From Candidatus Poribacteria bacterium (GTDB lineage: Bacteria; Poribacteria; WGA-4E; WGA-3G), in NCBI GenBank assembly GCA_965242965.1, contig OZ251518.1, positions 4,384,001 to 4,448,000 on the forward strand: DNA of 64,000 nucleotides, read 5' to 3'. Each line of letters opens with the position of its first letter. Within the stretch, counting starts at the first letter, position 1. Shown piece by piece: positions 1 through 11,000 of this stretch. A model generated the notes under the pieces. The model did no database searches. It had not been told where the DNA came from and worked only from the letters and a program-made list of their open reading frames with translations. A program made the translations under genes and the position numbers.

Positions 1-71
1 AAGATGTCGGCATTATCCCCACCGGCGTTCGATGGGATTAGGGTTTCCAAACATAGGCGCGCCCTTCCGGT

Positions 72-600
72 CTCTGTAGGTCAGGATCGCCTGATTCTGA
101 CCCGTTTGTGATCAGGCGATCACAAACTACAGTGGGAGAAACACACATCGTGACGATGAGATCGCGGGGGACAGGCCCCCGCGCTACGATAAAAAACGCC
201 CGCGTTACCGTAGGGCGAGGGCCTGTCCCTCGCCAGCGTTGGCGCGCCATGCTCTGTAGGTCAGGATCGCCTGCTCCTGACCCGTTTGTGATCAGGCGAT
301 CACAAACTACAGTGGGGGAACACATCGGGACGATGGAGATCGCGGGGGACAGGCCCCCGCGCTACGGTGGAGGACGGTTCTTCTGCGGAACGATCGCGGG
401 GGACAGGCCCCCGCGCTACGGTGGAGGACGGTTCTTCTGCGGAACGATCGCGGGGGACAGGCCCCCGCGCTACGGGAAAAAACGGCACTTCACCGTAGGG
501 CGAGGGCCTGTCCCTCGCCAGCGTCGGCGTGCCAGGCTCTGTAGGTCAGGAGCACCTGCTCCTGACCCGTTCGGGAGCGGGCGCTCCCGAACTACAGAGG
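72..600. repeat. Mosaic cluster of GTAG-footed REP-like hairpins
   Basis: Contains GTAG-GTCAGGATC/gcct hairpins, GTAG-GGCGAGGG-cctgt-CCCTCGCC and inverted GTAG-CGCGGGGG-cctgt-CCCCCGCG. A module repeats at 72 and 252 (180-bp period), and 54-bp units start at 338, 392 and 446. Confidence 0.9.
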
Positions 601-659
601 TGGGCCCGATGCGCGCCTCCTCACTTTTCTAACTAAAAACACAATAAGGTTGAACTATC

Positions 660-2303
660 ATGAATGCGAAACTCGGAGCACGGCGAATGCCAAAGAACGA
701 ACGAAAATTCCCACACCCGACAGTAACCAAATGTGCTATCCTGCTGGCGTTCGCCTTTTTGGCATTGAGTTGCACTAAAGTGCAGACAACAACGCCAGCG
801 CGGCACGTGCCCTCAAGCACCAAACACTTGGACAGGCACATTGATGCCGCGCTCAAACGCGAGGGCATCCAACCTTCTGAGCAATCCAAAGATGCAGAGT
901 TCCTGCGCCGCGTCCACTTGGATTTAACCGGAAAAATCCCGTTGCCCGAAGAGGTGATGGATTTTATCCGTGACGGCGCGCCGAACAAACGCGCCAAGAA
1001 AATCGAACGGCTGCTTGAGAGTGAGGCGTATCTGGAGTATTGGAGCGATTTGTGGGTAACTTGGCTCATCGGAAGGCGCAGCGTGAACAACAATGAACGC
1101 GTGAAACTCACCGAATGGGCGCGCGAGGCACTCGCAGCCAACATGCCCTATAACCAGTTCGTCTCGGCACTCATCTCCGCCGAAGGCGTTTTGGAGGAGA
1201 ACAAGGAGACAAGTTACATCCAGCGATACGAAAGAACTCCTGTCTTCCTTACATCGCAGTCTACGCGTCTGTTTTTAGGACTCCCGATGCAGTGCGCCGA
1301 ATGCCATGACCACAAGACAGAATCATGGCGGCAGGAGGATTTCTACGGCATCGCCGCTTTCTTCACCGGTATAGACATTGAACGCCGAAAAATGAAGATG
1401 GAAAACGCCGAAGAAGCGAGGATGAGGGATTATCGCATGATAAACAAGGAGGAAGGCGCGATTTGGGTAGATGACCTGAAGACATCTATTTCGCCACGAT
1501 TCCTAGACGGCACGGAATACAAGGGTCCTCTCAGCGAAAAGCGGGCGGCACTCGCGCAGTGGATAACCGATAAGACGAATCCCTACTTCAGCAAGGCAAT
1601 CGTCAATCGCATCTGGAAACACTTCATGGGACGCGCCTTTGTCGAACCGCTGGATGGGTTTGGCAAGGAAAACCAGCCGACGAACCCGCAACTGCTAGAA
1701 TGGATGGCGGAGGATTTCGTCATCCACGACTATAATCTTCAGCATCTCATGCGAACTATCCTCAATTCGGAGGCGTATCAACGCACCTCCGAGACAAACG
1801 AAAGCAACAAGGACGATGAACTCTATTACTCACGCGCGTATGTGAAGCCGCTCAGTGCGGAACAGTTTTTCCACTCCATGTTGCAGGCGACCGGGTTTGA
1901 GAGACTCCAAAAACGGCGAGACCGTGGACAACTTGAGGCGATGAAACAGCGGCACTTAGATCGGTTCCTGTTCCTACTGAACAACGGCGAGATGGAGGAA
2001 CTCGAGGCGTTCAACGGCACCGTGCCGCAGGCACTCATGATGATTAACGGCACGCTGGTAAACGACAGCGCAAGCCACAAGACGCGCGGGAGTTTCATCC
2101 ACTATGTGCTAGAAAGATGGCGTGAACCGATGGAGCGGCTGGAGTATATCTACCTCACCGTCCTCTCGCGCCTACCAACGGCAAAAGAGAAGACTTACTT
2201 CCAACGCTATTTGGAACGGAGTCTGTATCGTAACAAGGCTTTGGCTTACGAAGACCTCTATTGGGTTTTGCTGAATTCGGCAGAGTTTTCGTTGAATCAT
2301 TAG
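660..2303 (+). CDS. DUF1549/DUF1553 (PSCyt2/PSD1) domain lipoprotein
   Basis: Lipobox-like LALSC; FLRRVHLDLTGKIP, CAECHDH, NRIWKHFMGR, LSAEQ and VPQAL motifs. True start could be 660 or the next Met. Confidence 0.85.
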   Translation: MNAKLGARRMPKNERKFPHPTVTKCAILLAFAFLALSCTKVQTTTPARHVPSSTKHLDRHIDAALKREGIQPSEQSKDAEFLRRVHLDLTGKIPLPEEVMDFIRDGAPNKRAKKIERLLESEAYLEYWSDLWVTWLIGRRSVNNNERVKLTEWAREALAANMPYNQFVSALISAEGVLEENKETSYIQRYERTPVFLTSQSTRLFLGLPMQCAECHDHKTESWRQEDFYGIAAFFTGIDIERRKMKMENAEEARMRDYRMINKEEGAIWVDDLKTSISPRFLDGTEYKGPLSEKRAALAQWITDKTNPYFSKAIVNRIWKHFMGRAFVEPLDGFGKENQPTNPQLLEWMAEDFVIHDYNLQHLMRTILNSEAYQRTSETNESNKDDELYYSRAYVKPLSAEQFFHSMLQATGFERLQKRRDRGQLEAMKQRHLDRFLFLLNNGEMEELEAFNGTVPQALMMINGTLVNDSASHKTRGSFIHYVLERWREPMERLEYIYLTVLSRLPTAKEKTYFQRYLERSLYRNKALAYEDLYWVLLNSAEFSLNH

Positions 2304-2324
2304 ATTGTAAAGACAACGGTATTG

Positions 2325-2722
2325 CATCGAGACCGGGAGGTCTCTCCTACCTCGCCATGCGTTTGGCTGGCAGACTGCATCACCTCTGTAGGTCAAGATC
2401 GCCTGATCTTGACCCGTTTGTGATCAGGCGATCACAAACTACAGATGGGCCCGATGCCTGCCGGTAAGCGAAAACCCGTAGGAGAGACCTCCCGGTCTCG
2501 ATGCCCTCTTGGGGATGCAGTTTGGCAGCAGAACGCATGGCGAGGGACAGGCCCTCGCCCTACGGTAACGCGGGCGTTTTTTTCACCGTAGCGCGGGGGC
2601 CTGTCCCCCGCGATCATTGGAGTGCGCGAGGCATGGCGAGGGGAACCCTCTCGGATGCGCGTGTGGCATCCGAGGGCCCTCGCCCTACGTGAAAGGACGG
2701 CGTTTTTTCACCGCAGCGCGGG
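2325..2722. repeat. REP-like hairpin cluster
   Basis: GAGAGACC-tccc-GGTCTC, GTCAAGATC/GATCTTGAC, GGCGAGGG/CCCTCGCC and a branched variant, all with GTAG/CTAC feet. Confidence 0.88.
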
Positions 2723-2748
2723 ATCCTACAAAAAAAGTCAATTTTTTC

Positions 2749-2777
2749 TTGACATCAATCTGCAAATAAGGTATCCT
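2749..2777 (+). promoter_or_regulatory. sigma70-type promoter
   Basis: TTGACA-17 bp-TATCCT upstream of AGGAG and the ATG at 2835. Confidence 0.6.
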
Positions 2778-2834
2778 ATAGTTAAACAAATCAAGATGGA
2801 GTTTGTAATCGACATTATATAGGAGATTTTTATC

Positions 2835-3557
2835 ATGAAAACACGTAATCTGTTTATTACGATTTGTGCCATTACCATCGGCATCGCAGCGATGGCAGTC
2901 GCGCAAACCTATTTCGAGGATAACTTTGACGACGCGAAGGAATCCGAAAAGAAATGGGTAGCCCTCTTTGGAGAATGGGAATTCAAAAGCGATGAATACC
3001 ATCAACTCCAGAATACCCCGAACTGCATGAGCGTCATCGCCGATGAGTTCTGGGATGATGCCTGGAACGAATACACCTTCGAGGTGCGCGGCAATAAGGT
3101 TAGCGGCGCAGAAGGGTTCCTCATTATGTTCCGCTGCCAAGGCGTGATGCAAGCACGCGGACAGGCCCTGGAAGACCATCCGCCGCGCATGGAGAAGCTC
3201 AAACCGTCGTTAGAATACTGGTGGAACCTCGGCGGTTGGGGGAACACCCGCTCGCAGGTAGAATCGTGGGGTGGCAAAGCCGGCGCGAATAGCAACCACA
3301 CCATTGATGAGAAAGAGTGGTATAACATCAAAATCGTCAACACGCCGGACAGTTACACGGTTATCCTCAACGATGAGGAAGTCGCGGAAGTCAATGACGA
3401 CACGGAGAGCGGTGTTGGGCGCGTCGGTTTAGCGACCTGGAGCACCGTTGCGAAGTATGACGATGTGATTGTTTACGGACCGGATGGCCCCTCGTTGCCT
3501 GTGGATGCGCAAAGCAAATTGGCTACGACCTGGGGAGAATTGAAGTCGGTCCGGTAG
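2835..3557 (+). CDS. Secreted ConA-like/DUF1080-like beta-sandwich protein with C-terminal KLATTWGELK motif
   Basis: Signal peptide (AMAVA|Q), YFEDNFDD start, WYNIKI and GRVGL..YDDVIV strands, terminal VDAQSKLATTWGELKS; AGGAG ribosome-binding site. Confidence 0.7.
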   Translation: MKTRNLFITICAITIGIAAMAVAQTYFEDNFDDAKESEKKWVALFGEWEFKSDEYHQLQNTPNCMSVIADEFWDDAWNEYTFEVRGNKVSGAEGFLIMFRCQGVMQARGQALEDHPPRMEKLKPSLEYWWNLGGWGNTRSQVESWGGKAGANSNHTIDEKEWYNIKIVNTPDSYTVILNDEEVAEVNDDTESGVGRVGLATWSTVAKYDDVIVYGPDGPSLPVDAQSKLATTWGELKSVR

Positions 3558-3563
3558 GTTACT

Positions 3564-4176
3564 GTAGCGCGGGGGCCCTCGGATGCCACACGCGCATCCG
3601 AGCGGGTTTCCCCCGCGATCGTCCGATCGGGATTACCGTAGCGCGGGGGCCTGTCCCCCGCGATCGTTGGAGTGCACAAAAGACCGTAGTTCGGGAGCGC
3701 CCGCTCCCGTAGCGCGGGGGCCTGTCCCCCGCGATCGCCATTGGCCAGTTATGTTTTTAGGTCCTTTAGGTCCTTAATGTCTATAGCAGCCCGTGTCGGC
3801 CCGTTTTCAAGGTCCTTTAGGTCCTTAATAAAAAACACGCGCGGCCCTGGCACAACCTATTAAGGACCTAAAGGACCTTAGGCTTCTTCGCAGGCGCGCG
3901 TGCTATAGACATTAAGGTCCTACGGACCTAAGAGACGTTTTTTCCCGTAGCGCGGGGGACAGGCCCCCGCGATCGTTGGAGTGCGCGAGGCATGGCGAGG
4001 GACAGGCCCTCGCCCTACGGTAACGGAAACGGGTACGGATAACCGTAGCGCGGGGGCCTGTCCCCCGCGATCGTTCGGATGCACAAGAGACCGTAGTTCG
4101 GGAGCGCCCGCTCCCGTAGCGCGGGGGCCTGTCCCCCGCGATCGTTGCATGGCGAGGGACAGGCCCTCGCCCTACG
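3564..4176. repeat. REP-like cluster including an AGGTCC/CTATAG repeat block
   Basis: Multiple GTAG hairpins plus AGGTCCTTTAGGTCCTTAAT units in direct and inverted orientation (about 3759-3930). Confidence 0.88.
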
Positions 4177-4220
4177 GTAAAACGGGGCGTTCTTTTCACC
4201 GTCACAAAGGAAAACAAAAA

Positions 4221-7200
4221 ATGCCAAAACAACACGAACAACACGAAACAACAATCACACCACACGTCGCCGAGATGCTACGCAAAATGTGCCCCGGCTG
4301 GACAATTGAGCAAACTTCTCCATTCGTCGGAACTCAAGCAACGCCAGATATCATGGCGAAACGCGCCGGACACCAGACAATTGCCATCGAAGCGAAACCG
4401 TATGATAAAAAGCGCGAAGGCGTATCGCAGGTTCGAGATCGCTATATGGGACGCGAACTCACCACAAAATGGGTAGGCGTGAGTGAAACCTTGCATACCG
4501 CCATGGTAATCCACTATCCTCAAGACGTGATGGAGTCATCGGGTGAAAACTTGGTGCATGCGTTGAAGGCTGCCCATGACATTGAATATCTGCTCATCGG
4601 CGAAACGCATGGAAAACCCTATCAATTCCCAAGTGAAGGCTATGCGCATGGCACCTTGGCAGACATCGCCAATGCCTTGCAAGTCGGTGCCGTTCCGCAA
4701 GAGGAGATTGACAACGCCGTCGCTCAGATGGATAGGGATATCAAAGTCGCCGCAACGTGGCTTGAGCATGCCATATCCGAAAGTGATGCAATGTGCGAGG
4801 TGTTGGAGGAAATTCTGGATCAGAAGGTGAAAATCCCGGTGGATGCCGAGTCCGAACGTGAGACGAGGGACGACCTGTTGGAGAAGACTCCGGAGTTGGA
4901 GGTGAGTGAGCAGACATGTCGGATGGCTTGTCTGATAATCACAAATGCCTTCGTGTTCCAGAACGCTATCGCCGGTAAGAAAATAGAGGATAACAAGGCA
5001 AAGGAGGAAGAGGAAAAGCCCAAAAAGGATTTAAGAACCGTGAACCCGCTGAGTTATTACACCGGACGCGCGATGGATTGGCGAGAGGTAGTTGAGGACT
5101 GGGAGACTATCTTGGCGGTTAACTACCAGCCGATTTTCAAGGACGCGTTGCGGATGTTGCGGAAAGCGTTCATCTACGACGTAGCGATGATGAACAAGGT
5201 GCTAGATAAACTATGGCATGCGGCGTATACGCTGGTGCAGTCGCATCTGCCGCAAATCCACGAGTTGGCAGGCGAGATTGTCCAGCGGCTCATCATCGAC
5301 AGAAAGTATGTCAAGACAAACTACACGTTGCCGACGAGTGCCGCCCTCTTATCGGCGTTAGTCTGTCCGGGTATCAACGTTGACAACCTACCGAAAGTAG
5401 CCGACTTCGCCTGCGGGACAGGCGCGTTGTTGAACGGCGTTTACAAACGCGTCCAGCGGCTCTATGAGCAGAAAACGGGACGCAGCAGCGTGAAAATCCA
5501 TCGTGACATGCTGGAGAACAACTTGGCAGGTTCGGATATCTACTCGCACAACACGCACATCACCTTCGCGACGATGGCGAGTGCGCATCCAAAGGTGACG
5601 TTGGGTGCAACCCGTGTGATAACCGCACCCTACGGCGAGATGAAAACCGCCGACGGAAACACCCTCTATACAACCGGCTCCCTAGAACTGCTGAATACCG
5701 AAGAATTCGAGATAACCGAACTCGCCGCCGAACAACTTCATGGCGATAGCGAAGAATCACCTGTCATCATGAACCGGCGGTATCCTGATGGCGAAATGGA
5801 TATCGTGCTCCAAAACCCGCCGTTCTCACGTGACGGTGCAGACAACAATAGTCCGAAGGCACGAAAAGGCGTGTTTGTAAGCCATCAGCACTCCAAACAT
5901 GACAAGGAGAAAATGAAGGCAGCCTTGGCGCGAAAAGATACCCGAGTGAGTCACGGACAAGCCGGACTCGGAAGCTACTTCGCTGATTTGGCTGATAGGA
6001 AACTCAAGAAAGGCGGCGTGATGGGCATCATCCTGCCTATATCCTGTCTCACCGGGGTCAGTTGGCAAAAACTGCGCAACCTATGGGCAACCAAGTATCA
6101 TAACGTCACCATCGTTACCATTGCGGAAGACGACAAATCCGACAGCGCATTCTCTGCCGATACCGGCATGGCGGAATGCATCGTTGTTGCGACAAAAGGC
6201 GTTGCCGAAAATACCGGCAGCGGACGGTTCGTCTGCCTCGACTACCGTCCGAAAAGCAACCTAGAAGCGAGCATTATTGGCGAATACCTTCACACTCTCC
6301 AAAACCCAAGCCGAGCCGAAGAGATCCCACACGGCGGAACGCGACTCACCATCGGTGAACAGCAAATTGCACAGGTTATCGAATGTCCTATTCCGCAGGA
6401 CGAAGTATGGAGTGCATCCCGAACGAAGTCAATGGCAATTCTCCAAACCGCCCATCACCTCCGAAATGGACACATCTGGCTGCCCTTACAGTTAGAACCA
6501 CTAGAGATTCCGATGGCTCGCGTCGGTGAGATTGCCCAAACCGGATTCCACGCAGAGGTTATCCAAGGAAAAAAGGGACCGTTCAGCACCACCAAAAGCC
6601 GAACTGCCAGCGATAGCCTTTACCCGTTTATCTCCGGTGCCAACTACATAGAACAGCGCGCAATGGTTATTGAACCTGATGCCGAAGGAACAGTCCGTCC
6701 CGAAAACCGTTCGGAACTGGGAAAAGTGATGTCCGTTAACAGCCATGCGCACTACTACATGCTACCCACTTTTAGTTCCACCTCCCAATTGGCAATGCTT
6801 ACCGAGCATCCGTCAATCGGAGCAAGCGCAATAACGAACGTTAAGTTCGCGAACTTTCAACAAGAAGCAGCGTTCGCGCTATGGTGCAATTCCACGTTTG
6901 GATTCCTGTGTCACTGGATGCACAGCGCAAAGGACCAGACTTCTCGCGGCAAAATCAAGTTGAACGCGCTCAAAATGCTTCCGACGCTTGATGTCACCCA
7001 ACTGAGCGAGCCTCAACTCACCGCTGCCGAGAGAATCTTCGTCGATATTGCCAACCGGCGAATGAAACCTCTTCGTGAATGTGACACGGATTCGTGGCGG
7101 CACATCCTTGATGCGCGCCTCCTCGCCGAGGTGCTCGGTATCACCGATGACGAAACTCACAAAGCGTTGCATGCGCTGCGGAGAACGCTCAGTCAAGAGC

Positions 7201-7448
7201 CAAGCATCAAAGGCACGGTTAAGCGTCAATGCAATCTCGCTGCTGAACGAGAGAAGCTTCGTGAAAAAGGCATTGAGTTGCCCGGTAGTGAGGCAGATGA
7301 TGCCGCTGCCTTGAAGTTGCAGCAGCAACGGCTCATCGGAGAGGGTATCTATCTCCCCGTTGCAAACGAAAAGCAGGGCACGCTGAGGTTTGATGAACAT
7401 CACCCCAAAACCCTCCGCGAGCAAATGGATTTTATTGCTGCGGAGTAG
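4221..7448 (+). CDS. Fused type IIG-like restriction-modification enzyme (nuclease, adenine MTase, specificity region)
   Basis: PDI..IEAK PD-(D/E)xK motif, VADFACGTG (motif I), QNPPF (motif IV). Start placed at ATG 4221 after AAAGGA; the upstream part of the ORF is REP-derived. Confidence 0.8.
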   Translation: MPKQHEQHETTITPHVAEMLRKMCPGWTIEQTSPFVGTQATPDIMAKRAGHQTIAIEAKPYDKKREGVSQVRDRYMGRELTTKWVGVSETLHTAMVIHYPQDVMESSGENLVHALKAAHDIEYLLIGETHGKPYQFPSEGYAHGTLADIANALQVGAVPQEEIDNAVAQMDRDIKVAATWLEHAISESDAMCEVLEEILDQKVKIPVDAESERETRDDLLEKTPELEVSEQTCRMACLIITNAFVFQNAIAGKKIEDNKAKEEEEKPKKDLRTVNPLSYYTGRAMDWREVVEDWETILAVNYQPIFKDALRMLRKAFIYDVAMMNKVLDKLWHAAYTLVQSHLPQIHELAGEIVQRLIIDRKYVKTNYTLPTSAALLSALVCPGINVDNLPKVADFACGTGALLNGVYKRVQRLYEQKTGRSSVKIHRDMLENNLAGSDIYSHNTHITFATMASAHPKVTLGATRVITAPYGEMKTADGNTLYTTGSLELLNTEEFEITELAAEQLHGDSEESPVIMNRRYPDGEMDIVLQNPPFSRDGADNNSPKARKGVFVSHQHSKHDKEKMKAALARKDTRVSHGQAGLGSYFADLADRKLKKGGVMGIILPISCLTGVSWQKLRNLWATKYHNVTIVTIAEDDKSDSAFSADTGMAECIVVATKGVAENTGSGRFVCLDYRPKSNLEASIIGEYLHTLQNPSRAEEIPHGGTRLTIGEQQIAQVIECPIPQDEVWSASRTKSMAILQTAHHLRNGHIWLPLQLEPLEIPMARVGEIAQTGFHAEVIQGKKGPFSTTKSRTASDSLYPFISGANYIEQRAMVIEPDAEGTVRPENRSELGKVMSVNSHAHYYMLPTFSSTSQLAMLTEHPSIGASAITNVKFANFQQEAAFALWCNSTFGFLCHWMHSAKDQTSRGKIKLNALKMLPTLDVTQLSEPQLTAAERIFVDIANRRMKPLRECDTDSWRHILDARLLAEVLGITDDETHKALHALRRTLSQEPSIKGTVKRQCNLAAEREKLREKGIELPGSEADDAAALKLQQQRLIGEGIYLPVANEKQGTLRFDEHHPKTLREQMDFIAAE

Positions 7449-7487
7449 TTCATACCAAATTCATTTGATTTGTCTCGTCTTGTCTCT

Positions 7488-8030
7488 GTAGGTCAAGATC
7501 GCCTGATCCTGACCCGTTCGGGATCAGGCGATCCCGAACTACAGAGGTGGGCCCGATGCCTTCCGGTAGGAGAGACCTCCTGGTCTCGATTTTTCCCGTA
7601 GCGCGGGGGCCTGTCCCCCGCGATGGCCATCGTCAAGCGGTAGTGTTTTAGGTCCTTTAGGTCCTACATGTCTATAGAAAAACGTGTCAGCCCACGGCAA
7701 GGTCCTTTAGGTCCTTAATAAAAAAACACGCGGACCTGGCAAAACCTATTAAGGACCTAAAGGACCTTAGCGTTCTTCGCGTTCGCGCGTGCTATAGACA
7801 TTAAGGTCCTACGGACCTTAAGAGACGTTCCCTAGGTCTGTAAGACCTACATGTCTATAGAAAAACGTGTCGACCCCATTCTTAAGGTCCGCTAGGTCCT
7901 TAATCGAGCGGATCTTAACGGAACAGGCGGCTCTAGAAATCTGTTCATACGGTGGGAGCACAACAAATCTGGTAGGCGCGCTTTGTCAGCGCGCATTATC
8001 CACGGGCGTGGTTTGAAACCGCGCCTACCA
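7488..8030. repeat. REP-like cluster with second AGGTCC/CTATAG block
   Basis: 7598-7829 is a diverged direct copy of 3709-3939; GTAGGCGCG-type hairpins at about 7972-8028. Confidence 0.88.
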
Positions 8031-8085
8031 ACGGAATTAAGGGTTGTACGTAAGTTCTGAGTCCCTGGCTTCTGATGCTCTCGCG

Positions 8086-11000
8086 TTAGTCATTTTTCCC
8101 GAGATTTTCGGCGAGGTCTTCAAGCGAAAATCCCTCGCTTTCCCAGACAGACTTATTAACGCGAATACCTTTTGTGCCTGCCTCATACACCAATCTGAAA
8201 CCTTCAAAGGACCTATTGGCAGTAACCTCAGCCCGCCATTCCTCTAGATCGGCGAGGTCTTGGCATAATGGGACGATGTGGTCTCCAATATTGTTGATGA
8301 ACCGCATATCCTTCTTGACGGTGTCCAAATCAGGTTCGGTGTTTTCAACGATTGGAACAATGCATAGCAGGAACCTTCCTACTGTTTCCACAGCGGTTTC
8401 TACCTGCCTGGAACTCATAAGGACGCTCTGGCCTCGCGTGGATTTCACCTCGATTAGCCAACTTTGGTTATCCTGAGTTAGACTTAGCGTTCCTAAGTCT
8501 GAAACTTCAAAATCCGACCCGGTACCGGTACGTTCCACAGAGAAACACGACTGTTCCAGGGCCTTCTTCACCAATTTTTCTACATGTTGTCCCAAGCGTT
8601 GGTTGTTAGATCTGACGCGCCTTTTTTTCCGACGCTCTTCGAGATGTTGGAGGAGATTTTCGTCATCCTTCACGTCTTGCACTAACGCGCGAACCTGTTT
8701 CAAATCACCACCCGTTGCCTGATGTAACTCTGTGATCTCACTAATCAGTTTGTTACGTTCGTCGGGGTTTGTCGTAGCAAGTTCTAGCCTCAAGTCAGAC
8801 TCCGCCACCCGCATTGCTTCCAGCAGCTTGACAGCTGCTGGATTTTGATTCAGAGAACTCGGATCCCATCCGCTACCGCGAAGCAGATTTGCAAGCGATT
8901 GAGCACTTGCATAATCGGCTTTGCGATTTCCTAGCGGAACCCACTTTCTTTCCACCAAAGGCACTAGCCATTCGGCCGCGTAGTAGCAATGTTCTTTGCC
9001 ACAGTCGCAGAGAGCTTCGCAGGTCTCTAATCCCTTGGCATCATGGATAATCGACCATTCTGTGAGAAACTCCCAAAATCGGCGGGCAAGACGCTGACTC
9101 TGGCGCACTCGGTCCAGGATTCCAATATCGTCTGTAGTTAGGAAAACAACGTTAGTCACTGGAACCAGTTCGGAAGTTTTGTGATCGTCTTCCTCAGTGA
9201 GTGGTTGAGCAGGGAGGAAGGAGTCGTGATATACTTCCTTGGTAATTATCACGTTCTTTCTGAGAAAACCTTCCTGATCCAAAGTCTGCCATACGTCGGA
9301 ATTGGGTGCCTTCTCGAAGAAAGTGCTATCCAAGATGCGCCGTTGTGGGAAAAGTTCGGAGTACGGCTGCAGATCTGCCGCCCATGCCCGAACAGGCACT
9401 AGGAGTTGATTGTCGTCAAGAAGGGCTCGCTTGAGGCTGATAATGTCAGAATTTCCATCTTCAGCGAACACCGGGAACCCTTGTAAGCGTTCCCAGTCTT
9501 CCCTACCAACTATCCAAGCAAAAAGGCTTGCACTCGCCGCCTTGAAGTTTTCGTCGGGATTTTTGCGAGCGCGTTCTTGGAGTTTTTTGATGAGCGTATC
9601 AACAACGTACTCGCTATCCCAATCACCTTCACCCGTTTCTCCAGCTAATGAAGTAAGCCGAGTATCACGAAGTTTACGTCGGATACGCCACTCAAGTAAC
9701 TCTCCGATCGTTTTTAACTCTTCGTCTATGCCTAAATCGCGGCGGAGATTAGAAAGTTGGTGAAACTCGCCAACTTGGTTAGGGACAAAACGACGGTTAC
9801 GGATGTCCCTATCAAATCCGTTATCTCTAAGAAATCTATAGAGTCGATCCAACCATTCAACAGTGCAAACCTCAACTTGCAGTAAGTTCTGGAGATCGGC
9901 AAGAGAGGAACACCTCTGCTCAACACGTCGCGCTAGTTGAGCACCATCTTCCCCAAACTCTGATGTTTGACAATCAGATACACTTGCCCAACTATTGATG
10001 GCTTTATACCATCCAGCGGCTTCGTCTCGTCTTGGCAATTTCTCACGGTTTCCTTGCCAATCCGCCAGCAAATCCCAGAGAGCTGTTACGCTCGTGTCAC
10101 GTTGTGCCAGGGGCAACAGGGCCTCTTTCGGTGCTACCGCATCGCCCGCCTCATTCAGAACAGCCGGAGTTTGGCAGATTTCCTCAATGAGATTTTCGGT
10201 AACACGCGTTCTAAGCCATTCCTGATTTAGCCAATCCTTTCCGGGGATAGCAGGAACTTCCGTTAGCAGATGAGCATTCCGCCATCCGGATGATGCCGCG
10301 TACCGAAGCATTTTGACAAGCAACTGGCAGGCTTCTTCAATAGCTTCCTGGTTTTTGACATTCTCGTCGTTGTCCCCTTGTCCAAGATACACACCGTCGC
10401 GATTTTCCGTTGGCGTAAACTTGAAACTATTGATGACAGTAGGGAAACTAAAGGATTCGGTACCGACGAGAGGAAAACCGAGGAAGAGCCGTGGTGTATC
10501 CTCAATAGGTGAGCAGACCGAACTGTCGCCATCTGACTCCAGTGGGATAGTAACGGAAGTCTTCTCACCTTGCGCCAGAAGGTATTTCCTTTCTCGCCGA
10601 TTTCCATCCGTGATTTCTGCAACCGTAATTTGCTGAATTTCTTCTGAGTCCTGTGGTGGGCGTTCAACCACTTCAAAACATATCGTTTCGCCACGATTTT
10701 CAATGTCGATGCGGGAAAACTCCTGATTGAAAACAACCACGAACGGCGCACATTGCTTCAGCGTTGTGATTCCTTTCGCCACTGCATCTCTTGCGTCATC
10801 CTCAAGAGGATATACAAATCGGGTGGTGAAGCAGTCGGGAATCGGAACTTGAAGAGACGGAGTAGGGTTGAAATTTTTCCACGCTAGGTCCATTGACTCA
10901 CGAAGTGATGCCACTGAATCAGGTTTCCGCTCAAGGCAGAAATAGAACCATGAATCGCCAAGTTGCCCTGAGACATATATTTTCGGAGACAACAGGTGGG

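Noticed and set aside
38-632. ORFs rich in RGTGPRAT, VARGPVPR or AGDRPPRYG peptides here and in other intergenic clusters
   Set aside because: They are translations of REP clusters with no RBS or domain content. The REP-derived N-terminal extensions of ORFs 3981, 16629 and 46375 were trimmed for the same reason.
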